From NCBI RefSeq assembly GCF_009834535.1, contig NC_045701.1, positions 32,488,001-32,552,000 of the forward strand: a stretch of DNA of 64,000 nt. Direction: 5' to 3'. A program made the translations under genes and the position numbers. A model generated the notes under the pieces. That model ran no database searches. It was not told the DNA's origin and was given only the letters and a program-made list of their open reading frames with translations. Origin of the DNA: Camelus ferus. Its lineage: Eukaryota. The stretch's first letter is position 1. Each line of letters starts with the position of its first letter. Positions 45,701 to 57,159 of the stretch are shown in pieces.

Positions 45701-48693
45701 AGGGTGAGAGTGGCAGGCGGTGGGAAAGGAGCTAGCTGCCAGATCAGGAGAGGCCTTGAGGCCAAACAAGGAAGGGATTGGCCTTTCACTCTAAGACTAA
45801 GCAAAGGGTGAACGCTCTCATTTACTTTTTAAAAAGTTCAGCATTTGATACCAAAAAGGTTGCATCTGTCTTGTGAAACACAATACTAAAATGGGCAGCT
45901 GAGACCTTACCACCAAACCTCCAAGCTAGAACACTCCCAGGGCCTTTCAGGCTGCTTGATATACACGTTCAGAGGCACACTGGCTGCAAGGTGGCGGCTG
46001 GACCATAGGGGAGCAGGAGTGGAGGCACAGAGACTAGAAGTTGAGGCGAGTAACCAAGGCGAGCCCTGGCCTGGCCCAGAGTGAGGTGATCACAGTAGAG
46101 GTGAAGAAAAGGGTTGAGCTTGGCTTGGGTGGTGGAAATGGAGACTTGCTGCTGATTTGTGTGGTGTGAGGAGAGGAGAGAAAGGCTGGCCCCTCAGTTT
46201 GGGATTCGAGCAAATGGTGGATGGCAGTGCTGTAAACTAAGCCAGGGACCACTGCCCCTGAGAGGAGGGGCCAGCAAGAAGTGCCTGGGATGGGGCTTTC
46301 ATAAGAAGCTTGCTTCCTTCTGGCAGTGGGAGGAGCAGCACCGAGGCCGGAGCTGTGAAGATTTCCAGAACTGGAAACGCACCAATGACCCGGAATACCA
46401 GGCCCAGGGCCTGGCCATGTACCTTCAGGAAAATGGCATAGGTAAGATTCTGTTTGCCCAGTAATCTCTCATTGCCAGCGGCTCTCTTCCTGAGGGCCTG
46501 AGGAGCAGTGGCAGCCCTGGCCCTGACCTTCTGTCCCTTGCAGACTGCCCCAAGTGCAAGTTCTCGTATGCACTGGCCCGAGGAGGCTGCATGCACTTTC
46601 ACTGCACCCAGTGTCGCCACCAGTTCTGCAGTGGCTGCTACAACGCCTTTTATGCCAAGAATGTGAGCCCAGAGACCAGGGATGGGAGGTATAGCAGGGT
46701 GGGGACCGCTGTCTGGTGTGGGGGCAGAGGCCATTGAGGAACAGCCCAGAGGGAGAGAACAGTGTTGGGTAAAGCACCTCTCTCTGTCCCCTCTCCCCTT
46801 CGGCTTGCTCCAGACCCTCCAATGTCTCCATCTCCCCCCTAAATGCCTCACGCAGGGGTTCCTGAGAGACCAGGACCCCAATATTTTCCAACTAACTGCC
46901 GCTCTCCCATCTGGGTTTCCACCAGAAATGTCCAGACCCCAACTGCAGGGTGAAGAAGTCCCTGCACGGCCACCACCCCCGAGACTGTCTCTTCTACCTG
47001 AGGGATTGGTCTGCTCTCCGGCTCCAGAAGCTGCTGCAGGTCGTGGGTTTGCAAATTGCCCAGGAGAGGAGGCAGGGTGCAGGGTGGCAAGAAGGGAAAG
47101 GCCGGATGCTGGGGAAAACCAGCCGGCTGGCATCAGGGGAACCTAATGCCCATCCTTCTGCCCTCCTCAGGACAATAACGTCATGTTCAACACAGAGCCC
47201 CCAGCGGGGGCGCGGGCAGTACCTGGAGGTGAGTGTCGGGGCAGGCCTCGGAGAAGGCAAGAGGGTGGGCTAGGCTCCCTCTGTGTGGTGGGTGAAGGGG
47301 AGGCTTGGGTCTAGAGTTGGACCAGGGCTCAGAGCCCATCCTGTGCTGGCTTGTGCCCTTCAGCAAGTCAGCCTCCCCAGGCTTGTTTCTTCCTCTGTAA
47401 AGCCAGGGTCATATCTACCTTGCAGCCGTGTTATTTTATATAAAGCCACAGTAAAGCACCTGGCACCTCAGTGCTAATTTTACTTTCCTATTTCCAAAGG
47501 ATAATCATTTATTAGTTAACTCAGTGACTACTTGATGAGACTTGCTAGTTACACTGTTTTAGGTTCCATGAGGGCAGCAGAAAGGTATTATATATGATTC
47601 TAAGCTAGCCCACTTCTTACCATCTACATAGATTAAGACCTTCACAGAATGAGTTAACCTTACAAGAGCTAAATCACAACCAAGAGAGCTGTCTCAAGGG
47701 AATATGTGATTATGGGCCAAAAGTTAGCTTGGCTAAAAACAGGGACAGCAAGGTCCCTGCTTCTGTATCAGGAGGGGTCTGCATGATAGCATATCTCTTC
47801 CCCACTCCATTCATCACTGTTAGAGCAGGGGCTTCTGTCCTCAGTTCCCTCTCTGAAGACTGCTCTGCCTGCCTCCATCTATATCCCAGCTTTCCTGGGG
47901 CTTTGTGGTCAGTGGCCCCTTCCTGACAAAGGGTCCTTTCCTTCCCTTATCGCTAGGTGGCTGCCGAGTGATGGAGCAGAAGGAGGTTCCCAACGGGTTC
48001 CGGGATGAAGCCTGTGGCAAGGAGACTCCAGCTGGTTATGCCGGCCTCTGCCAGTGAGTGCCAGGCAGGGAGTGGAGCATGGTGTTGGGGAGGACAGGAG
48101 CACTGGGGGTACACCCAGGCAAAAAGGTGGGTCTCTGGGAGCAGTAGGTCCTGCGAGGATTGGGGGGGGGCCCTCTAGGCCAAGGCTTGGAAAGGTAGTA
48201 GCAGGCAGAGTGCACAGGTTGGCAGGTGCCTGCAAGAACATCAGGTGAGGGGTGTCCGTCTTGTTCATCCAAGTATGCTAGTGCCCAGCACAGTGCTGGG
48301 CACACTCAGTTAATATCAGCTGAACAGAAGAACAAATATTTCACCCACTCCTCTCCCTAGGGCACACTACAAAGAGTATCTTGTAAGCCTCATCAATGCC
48401 CACTCACTGGACCCAGCCACCCTGTATGAGGTGGAGGAGCTGGAGACAGCTGCCGAGCGCTACCTGCATGTGCGCCCACAGCCGCTGGCGGGGGAGGATG
48501 CCCCCACCTACCACGCCCGCTTGTTACAGGTAAAGCCTTCCCCAGCCTCACCTCTGACCCCACACTGTGGAAGTCCCTTGTTCAGCCTGTGTCTGAGCCC
48601 CAGGCTTCCAGTATCATTATCTTCTCTCTCATTCTGCAGAAGCTGAAAGAAGAGGTGCCCTTGGGACAGAGTATCCCCCGCAGGAGGAAGTAG
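39256..48693 (+). CDS. RNF31: E3 ubiquitin ligase HOIP (LUBAC catalytic subunit), 21 exons, 1072 aa
   Basis: Exons 39256-39447, 39529-39675, 39824-39979, 40197-40256, 40362-40437, 40668-40845, 41306-41693, 41866-42156, 42412-42660, 42772-42957, 43069-43275, 44714-44887, 44971-45069, 45159-45248, 46327-46441, 46544-46662, 46926-47039, 47171-47228, 47957-48053, 48361-48529, 48640-48693 = 3219 nt. PUB, B-box, ZF/NZF, UBA, RING1-IBR-RING2 (GGCMHFHC) and LDD all present; ends IPRRRK*. Confidence 0.98.
43521..43670 (+). mobile_element. Camelid-type SINE, RNF31 intron 11
   Basis: gatagcttagtgatagagtgcatgcttagtatgcatgatgtcctgggttcattccccagtacctcc followed by an A-rich tail. Confidence 0.88.
44035..44450 (-). 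mobile_element. Old L1M 3' fragment, RNF31 intron 11
   Basis: tttatttgaaaataattgtagattcataagaagttgtaaaaatagtagagtcctgtacctttcaccc... resembles old L1M 3' UTRs; contains a 33-bp tandem duplication. Confidence 0.65.
45372..45442 (+). repeat. Polypurine (GGGA)n/(GGA)n tract, RNF31 intron 14
   Basis: gggagggagggaggggg...ggagggagggagggagggaggga; G4 or triplex potential is inferred only. Confidence 0.8.
45445..46170 (-). mobile_element. L2 LINE remnant, RNF31 intron 14
   Basis: ...ctcaagcctgaaagttaagaagaagccaactatgcagag...gaggccttgaggcc...tggctgcaaggtggcggctggaccatagggg...; boundaries approximate. Confidence 0.5.
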
Positions 48694-48756
48694 CTGAGGG
48701 CGGGGGTCCCAGTGAGGGTCCTGTGCTCTGACTCCCTCAGGAACAGCTCCTGCACC

Positions 48757-48762
48757 AATAAA
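48757..48762 (+). terminator. RNF31 poly(A) signal
   Basis: AATAAA 63 nt after the TAG. Confidence 0.8.
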
Positions 48763-49299
48763 GAGGCATTTCCTTGCCCAGGCTTCTTGGTGGTCCTTCT
48801 TCCTTCCTGATCCCACTGAGGGCACCAGGGAAAGAGCGGGGTAAACAGAGCTTTGCTGAAAAGGGCCCCATGTAGCCCACCACCTGACCGTCCCTAGACT
48901 CAGGCCAGGAAGGAATTGACACTGTGGATGGCCAACATAGGATGGCCCCATAGAACCACCTGGCCTGGGCTTTTTCCTTCCCTACCTCTCTTATTTTTTT
49001 CATTGAATTCAGCTATTTGGGGTCACTTAGCTAGGTAACAAGCAGGCACTGTAGGGGAACACAGATGCACATGTGGTACAGAGCTATCCAGAGACCACAG
49101 GCCAGACTGCAGGACACTGTGGCCTCCCTGGGGAAGCAGCAATGTTATAGAGATGGTTGGATACTAGCAAGGAGTATCTTGAGGGAGGAAGGGGAATGAT
49201 CCTGAGGTAGGAGGGGCCCTCCAGACTGACAGCAGGTTTCCAACAGTAAGATTCTCAGATGCTGCTTCCCTCTGGTGGCAGCCAGTTGTCTTGCAACTC

Positions 49300-49454
49300 A
49301 GAGACCACGTGATTTCGGGGAAAAGGACCTCCCTGGAAGAGAACTGAAACTTAGGGTGGGGACTGTAGAAAGGGGTGGAGAGATCCGGAAGCTGACTTGC
49401 CAGGAGTTGAGCTGAGGTTGGCTGAGCCGTGGGACAGCCTGCACAGAGGTTCAG
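49300..49454 (+). promoter_or_regulatory. IRF9 promoter and non-coding exon 1: E-box, GAS, ISRE, GC box
   Basis: CACGTG 49306-49311; TTCGGGGAA 49314-49322; GAGAACTGAAACT about 49339-49351 (reverse AGTTTCAGTTCTC); donor CAG|GTAAGA at 49454/49455. Confidence 0.8.
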
Positions 49455-50187
49455 GTAAGATTAACCAAAAATAGGTGTCAGCTTGGGTCTCAGTGTGGAA
49501 AACCTAGCTGGATTGAAGGTGGTGGGTGGGGGCTTCTTTGCTACACTGAGGAGTAGACAGAAGGCTAGGAAGCTGGAAGTTTGGCCTGAGTAAAAGACTG
49601 ATCAGTATCCCAAGCTCTATAGGCAAAGGCCAGGGGGACCTGCTACCGGCTTGTTTAGGGAAGAAGGCCCTGCCTGATTCCCCTGACTGTTTTCTTGCCT
49701 TCTGGCCCTGCCCACTTCCGCCACAGCTCTGCCCCTGCCCTCAGCTCCCTGCCCTATGTACCCCTGAAACTAGCAGAGGAAGGAAGGGTTGTGGGGGATT
49801 AAAGGATAGGTTGTGGGGGCAATGGATGAAGAGGGTTGATAAGGCATCTGAGAAGCAGCTACTGCCTTTGCAAATGCTTGGGGATCTTGCTGCTCTCTCA
49901 CCAGAAGCAGGACACCAGAGGAGTTCTCTTTCAAACCATAGATTCCTGAAAAGTCTTAAGATTAAGACTGATGCTTAAGATTTCCTTCCAGATGTCACAG
50001 CCTAGAAAGTTACGAAAGATTTTTTTTTGGTAATTCCTAGTGATAAAAATGAAACAATTCAGCCTCAGATTTTTGAGATGGATGGGATCTCTGGGGGCCC
50101 TTGCCAGAATCCAACCCCAATGACCAGGGTCTCCCTATTTCCAAAGTATCAGTCCTGTGGACGCTTCCTGCTGTTCTTATTCCCAGG

Positions 50188-53100
50188 ATGGCATCAGGCC
50201 GGGCACGCTGCACCCGAAAGCTCCGGAACTGGGTAGTGGAACAAGTGGAAAGCGGGCAGTTCCCAGGAGTGTGCTGGGATGATGAGGCCAAGACCATGTT
50301 CCGGATTCCCTGGAAGCACGCAGGCAAGCAGGACTTCCGGGAGGATCAGGATGCCGCCTTCTTCAAGGTGAAAGGCCTGGAAACCAGCCCCTCGGAGTGA
50401 GGGATGGAGTATACACCACACCGGTGCTCTCACCCTCAAGGGCTTGCGTCCTCCTGGGTTTCAGATAAAGGGGGGGTTGGAGGGTAGAACTAGCTACATA
50501 GTTGTCAGAGCCCAGTGCAAAATGTAAATGCAAAGCTTAGTAAGGATGTCAAGCCAGCAACAGCCGAGCATAAACCTAGCACAGGCTTCTATGCAAGTGC
50601 TCGGGCTGCCCGTCCATGATGCCACCCCGTAGAGGGTCTGCAGGGGTCTGTACATGCTCCTACTTTCTTTACTGTTTCCTAGGCCTGGGCGATATTTAAG
50701 GGAAAGTACAAGGAGGGGGACACGGAAGGCCCTGCTACCTGGAAGACTCGTCTGCGCTGTGCCCTCAACAAGAGCCCTGAGTTTGAGGAGGTTCCTGAGA
50801 ATGGCCATAGGGATGGGGCTGAGCCCTACAAGGTGTATCGGCTGGTACCACCAGGAACCCTTGCCGGTGGGTGTCCCCTTTGCCCCCCTACTCCTAGGAT
50901 CAGCAAATGGGGGAGGAAGGATGGATATGTGGGCTTCCCAGGAGGATGGTGGGCCTCCCTCCAGGCCCCTCGGTCAGAGTTCTGCCCTGTCCTTGGGAAG
51001 CTCAGGTTCCCCTCCCCAGTTTCACCCCTCCTTTCACTGTCTCCTATCTCTTCACTTCCCTCTGTGCCCACTTAAGGCTCTGGCCCTTTCTTTCCCTGTC
51101 AATATTCCACAGCTCAGCCAGTGACCCAGAAATCACCATCAAAGCGACACCACAGTTCCATGTCCTCTGAGAGGGAGGAGGATGAGGTTACTAGGAAGAA
51201 CTGTACACTCAGCCCCTCCTTGCTCCAGGACCCCCTCAAAAACGTGAGAGCTGGGGAGGAAACTGGGGGAGTATGACGGCAGGACAGTAACTGGGGGAAA
51301 GGTGAGCCAACAATAGAAATTGTCTGCAGGAGTTGGTGGAGACCAATGGGGGAGCAAGCCATTCAGACCTCGGGAGCAGCAGCGGGAGCGGCAGCAGCAG
51401 CAGCAGCCCTGAGCCTCAGGAAGGTACCAACTGCCCTGCCTCTTGTGTCATCCCCCGTGCCACACCCTCTGACCCTGGGACTCCCCAGTCCACTCTGAAT
51501 GACCAGTGCCTCTGTTCCACTTCCAGGCAGGGACATAGCTGAGGCCCCTTTCCAAGGAGATCAGGTGTCCCTGGAGCTTCTGCCCCCTCCAGATTCAGGT
51601 ACTTGGTGTTTGTGACTCATCCCTGCTCCTCATCCCCCCATGTCATTTCCTGTGGCTATGTGAGCGTTATCTAACAGTCAGAGCTTGCAGCAAACTGGGC
51701 CCACCTTACCCAGAGGCACTGGTTTCCAGGCAGTGCATCCGGCCAGACTCCAAACAGCTTGCTTCTTAGAAATAGCCCCTATGTACTCTGTTCCCTGGGA
51801 ATCCACTTTGAGACATTGATTCTGTGGGTTAAGTAGAGTCCCGATCTCTGGGACCTTCTTGTAAACTGTTAAGACCCAGTGCATTAAGCCCCGAGGCCTC
51901 AGTGGGAATCTGTAGATTAGCTCCTCTCCTGAGTGATGAGAAGGTCTGACAGGAAGCTCCCCTGCTGAGGAGGGTTGTGGGGTGAGGATAGAGGGGGCAG
52001 GAGCCTTCTCTAATCTCAGAAAGTGTAGCTGCTACCCCAGCCCACCATGTCCTCCCCAGCCCTCCCTCATATGGTTTCCTTCTCCGGACCTCACATTTCT
52101 CACCAGCAAAATGAGGACATTGGATTTGCAAGGAGCTCCTTTTCAATTCCCCAGGGTTTCACACTGACCAGTGGACCCCTGGGGAGGGATACGGGTGCAG
52201 CTGGCCTTTCTCTGTCCTCAGACTACTCGCTGCTGCTCACCTTCATCTACAGTGGGCGCGTGGTGGGTGAGGCCCAGGTGCAGAGCCTGGACTGCCGCCT
52301 CGTGGCTGAGCCCTCAGGCTCCCAGTGTGGCATGGAGCAGGTGATATTTCCCAAACCCGGCCCACAAGAGCCCACCCAGCGCCTGCTGAGCCAGCTTAAG
52401 AGAGGGGTCCTGGTGGCCAGCAACTCCCGGGGCCTCTTCGTGCAGCGCCTTTGCCCCATCCCCATCTCCTGGAATGCACCCCAGGCTCCACCTGGTCCAG
52501 GCCCGCACCTGCTGCCCAGCAACGAGTGTGTGGAGCTCTTCAGAACCACCTACTTCTGCAGAGGTGAGGCTGCTCCAGCCCAGCACGGGAGCCCCCACCC
52601 CCATGTCTGTTCCCCACCCCGGACTGTGGGCCCAGCCACCACCCTGCACTCCCTCCTCCCTGTGTTGGAGCAGATCCTCCATCACAGTCCAGGCATGGCA
52701 TCCCTGCACTTGTGAGGTGCACATCCCTGTGCTCAGCCCTGGCAGCCCTCTTCCTCAGCCAAGGCCGCGGAAGATGAGGCCCAGGTGGAACCCAGCACGA
52801 GTGTCCCACCTCGGGAGCACCACCACGTGGAAGCAAACAGTATAATCATGGGAAGGTGCGCCTCATGGTCCCCCCTCCAGATACTCACACACAACCATTC
52901 ACAGGTTTCAGAGAGCTAGCACACAGCACAGACCCCGGCCCACTGCTCAGGTGCCCCCCAGGTTGCCCCCCTCCCATCCGGACCTGGAATTCCACTTCCT
53001 GCCTCCATTCTGCTCTCAACCGGACCTTGGAAATGGAGGCCAGGAGACCCAGAGCACGTGTGTCCCCAGGGCCAAAGGGTGCCTAGTGTAGGGAGGGTGT

Positions 53101-53856
53101 AAGCAGGCGACAAAGGTGTGGCACAGCTGTGTTAGCAGCCAGGGCTGCTCAAGCACTGACTAAGCTCTCCCAGCAGAGAGCAGTTCAGGTTGTTTGATGG
53201 TCAGCTGCCTCTTAAAGGGGCCCCTTCTTTTCCTGTTTATCCTTAAAGGGGCCCCTTCTTTTCCTGTTTATCCACCGGCGAGCAGCAGCTTAGCTCCTAG
53301 CACATCTCCTCGCACAAGGCAGCAGCCTCGCCAGCCTGCAGCTTCTGCCCTGGCCTGGCTCTCCGAGTGGCCCCATTCCCTCCTGTCTTTCTCCACTCTG
53401 GGTTCTTCCCTCTGCCCTCCCTGCCTGGGGCCCTCTCTCTTTTCTTGTCCTTCTAACTCTTGACCTTTTCTCTCTCAGACCTGGCCAGATACTTCCAGGG
53501 CCTGGGTCCCCCACCTAAGTTCCAGGTGACACTGAATTTTTGGGAGGAGAGCCCCGGCCCCAACCACACCCCACAGAGTCTCATCACAGTGCAGGTGAGT
53601 CGGGGCAGGGCAAGACTAGCCTGCCCACACGGGGTGCCCAGGAGGAGAAGGGGCCTCCTGGGGAAGGGCCCCCAGGAAGGAGCTCCTGGTCATAGTGCTC
53701 ACAAGCCCCTCTCCCCACCTCTTCACACAGATGGAGCAGGCCTTTGCCCGACATTTACTAGAGACTCCTGAGGAGCAGGCAGCCACCCTGTCCCTGCTGC
53801 AGAGCCTGGAGGACCCCCTCTCCTCCTCCCCTCTCTGTTCCTCCTACCTCCTCTGA
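50188..53856 (+). CDS. IRF9: Interferon regulatory factor 9 (ISGF3gamma), 414 aa
   Basis: Exons 50188-50367, 50683-50866, 51113-51243, 51330-51423, 51527-51598, 52222-52563, 53479-53594, 53731-53856 = 1245 nt. Trp-repeat DNA-binding domain (MASGRARCTRKLRNWVVEQVESG...), Ser-rich linker, IAD; ends SSYLL*. Confidence 0.97.
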
Positions 53857-54131
53857 GAGAGCCCCAACCTCCACGCAGTCGACCGGCTGCCTCCCATCGT
53901 GATCATTCTCATTGGTTGTCTGTGTTGATTTTGTCGTTGAACTCCTTATGGAGTCTGGTTGTTGGGAACTCATGGATGACTTGTATTTGTGTGTGCGTGT
54001 ATGTATTTTTTTTTTAATTTTGAGATATACCCTTTTTTGTTTCTGAGGAACTGAGGGGGCCTTTCCCTCTACCCCAAACTCCAAAACCTAGCACTTTATA
54101 TTTCCTTCTTAGTTCTTTACTAAGGATTTAA

Positions 54132-54145
54132 AATAAAATTTTATT
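54132..54145. terminator. IRF9 poly(A) signal within the perfect palindrome AATAAAATTTTATT
   Basis: AATAAA 54132-54137 on plus and TTTATT 54140-54145. Confidence 0.75.
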
Positions 54146-55339
54146 GAAAAAGGAGTCAGAATCAGATTTGTTGGCAGTAGAAGGCAGCAGGGTCACAGGG
54201 AGATGATGGAGACGGTTTATATCCTGAGAGCAGAGTACTCAGACTCTCTGCTGCCAATGACTCTGGGCCCCTTTCCTCTCCTCCCACCACAGGCCCTGGC
54301 CGGGGAGCTGTCTGGGATCTTTGGGTTCTGGGCCTGGCTCTCTATACCCTCTAGGCAGCCAGGATTAGGGAGAAGGTTGGGGTCAGCCACCAAGAGGGGC
54401 ACTGAGCCTACAGCCACTGTAGCCACCTTCACATGGAAAAATCTGGCTCCACCGTCCCTGGCTGGAGGCTTCTGATTTCACCTAGCGTTGGACTCTGGCC
54501 TGGAGGTGTCAATGAACAGGAGAACTTAAGGTCGACCTGAAACTGTGAGCTACAGGCCCTGGAGCCTGGAGGGAAATCAGAGGGAGGAGCAGCCCTGTCT
54601 CCTGTGCCCATGGCAGACTGGGTCCTGGTGTTCTTTCTCCCAGCATGTGGAGCAGTGTCACCCCAGTTGAAGGCTACTCCCAAATTGGTTTCCTCAGTCT
54701 ACATGAGCCCCACAACAGACAGCCTGGCCTAGACGGCCACGTCATCAGTACGTTGTCTGTTGAGATCCCAGGGGTCCAAAGCAACCGACCCTTCTCTCCC
54801 TTACCCTGTGTTTATCCTGCTACCAAGCTGGAAGTCCTTCACAAGGCCGCTTGTCATCCCGCCTCCCTACACTCCACTCCACCAGACCAATCCACCACCT
54901 ACCTGACTGCCACAGCCTCCGGCTTCCCCTGTTCTGTACATGACAGCAAACTGGAGAAGGGGCCTGTCTGACCAGCTCCATTCTGTCATGTCACTTTTAT
55001 AAGCTTTGAGTGGTTCACCTACATGATCAAATCTAGATGCCCAAATTCTTGAGGAACTTCTTACTGTCTCACCTGGCAAAGTGCAGCGCTGCTTTCGAGA
55101 CTTCCTGCCTCCTTGGACCTTCGTTGTCTTCAGTCTTGTCCATCATCCTCCTGAAGAGCCAAGAGCCCAACAGGCATCTGCACTAGCAGTGAAGAAATCG
55201 GGTACTGAGTCTTGTGCCCTTGATTTGCTGAGATCCCTCTGGGACCTTCTTCGGACCTCCTTTACTTCAATTTTCTCTCATACCACCACATCAAACCATC
55301 TGCAAATCCTATCAAAGGGTAGATTTCTGCAAAATCTAC

Positions 55340-55995
55340 CCATAATCTGACCACTTATTTCTGCTCCCCTCACCAACACTGGTTTAACCACCACCATCTC
55401 TCATCTCTTCTTTCTGCTTCCTTCCACATCTTCTTTTCTGCAAAAGGAATCTTTTTAACAAATAAATCTCATCATGTCACCCTTCTGCTCAAAACTCTCC
55501 ATTAGCTTTCAATTTCCTCAGGGTAAAATCTCCAATCCTTACAATGGCCTCCAGGCCTCCATTGTAGCCCCTGTTCTCATTTCTAACCTCACCCCTTGCC
55601 ATTCTCAGTTGCTTTGCTCCAGGCTCCCTGAACCCACTGAACACATTTCTGCCTCAGGACCTTTGCACCTGATGATTTTTTTTTTCCTAAAACACGTCCT
55701 TCAGGTAAGCACATGACTTGCCCCCTGTCTTCAGAGAGGGCTTCCCCTGAGCACCCGACCTAAATAGCAGCCCTCCCCACTTTCTCTGTTCTCCTATGTG
55801 GCCTCATCTTTCTTCATAGCACTAATCACCACTTCCCACATTTCTAGTTGTCTACTTGTTTTATCATCGCTCCTTCCCTAATCCATGAGAACAGAGACTT
55901 GTTTTGTTCATTGCTATATCTGCATTGCCTGAAGGAGTGCCTGGCACATAGTAGGCATGTAATAAATACTTGTTGGATGAATGAATGGATGAACA
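55340..55995 (+). mobile_element. L2 LINE 3' end
   Basis: catgtcacccttctgctcaaaactctcc...ggacctttgcacctg...gtgcctggcacatagtaggcatgtaataaatacttgttggatgaatgaatggatgaa, the typical L2 terminus. Confidence 0.85.
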
Positions 55996-56543
55996 AATTG
56001 CTGTATCCCTTATCTCTTAAACTAGGTTCTAAGCACCCTGAAGGTAGGTGCCCCTACTTTATCATGTTTGTGCCCCAATGTGAACGCTTACGAACATTGA
56101 CAATATACATACAGTGATTGAAACAACTTGTAAGTATCATGTGGAAGTCAGTTTAGCCAAGCTCTGTGGAATAGGGACAGGGAACACTGGAATTCAAGAG
56201 AGCAGAGTTCCCAACCAGGCTGTGACTAGGACAGCCTAGTGTGTGGTCTGGGAGAAACAGTCTATACAGGCCCCTGTTTTCTCATCTGTAAAGGCAAAAG
56301 CTTGGACTAGGTTTGGAAATCCCTTTCAGATTTGATACTCTGTGATTGTAAATTTAGGGCAATCGCACTTCATTTGACAAATACTTGCGGAGCTAAGTTT
56401 CAGGCACTAATGGAAAAAATAAGACCCAAGTGTCCAGAGTTCTTAGATTGAAAAAACAAAATAGGGTCAGCTCAGCTGTAAAAAGTGCTGAGTTTTTTTT
56501 TTAAACTGAACTACTGTTGATTTACAATATTGTGGAGACTTGG

Positions 56544-56757
56544 CCCTAAACCTAACACTACCTTAAACCTATCCCGAGGCCTAACCCTAACCCTAAAACT
56601 GAACCTAACCTAAACCCTTACCCCTAAACATAACCCTATCCCTTAACTCTAACCCTAACCCCTAACCCTAACTGACCTTAAACCTAACCCTAACCCCTAA
56701 CCCTAAAACTAACCCTATCACCTAATCCTGACCCTAACCAAAAAAAACAAAAAAAAA
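56544..56757 (+). repeat. Degenerate interstitial telomere-like (CCCTAA)n tract plus A-rich tail
   Basis: About 196 bp (56544-56739) of CCCTAA and variants (CCTAA, CCCTAAA, CCCTAT, CCCCTAA), then A8-C-A9 (56740-56757). Confidence 0.92.
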
Positions 56758-57159
56758 TTTTACAGTAGTGTCTTAATTTCCAGTATATATATATACATAT
56801 ATATGTATATGGAGTCTTTTTCAGATTCTTTTCCATTATAGGTTATTGCAAGATATTGAATATATTTCCTTGTGCTATACAGTAAATCCTTGGTTATCTA
56901 TTTTACATGTAGTGGTGTGTATCTGTTAATCCTATACTCCCAGTTTATCCCTCCCTCACTCTCTTTCCCCTGGGAACCATTAGTTTGTTTTCTGTCTTTG
57001 AGTCAGTTCTTATTTTATAAGTTCATTTGTATTATTTTTTTAGATTCCACATATAAGTGATATACAATGTTTGTCTTTGTCTGACTTACTTCACTTAGTA
57101 TGATAATCTCTGGGTCCGTCCATGTTGCTGTAAATGGATGGGATTTCATTTTTTGTGGC

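Noticed and set aside
56544-56757. CRISPR array, true chromosome end, or fusion site
   Set aside because: No repeat-spacer structure, the units are degenerate and in one orientation, and gene synteny continues on both sides.
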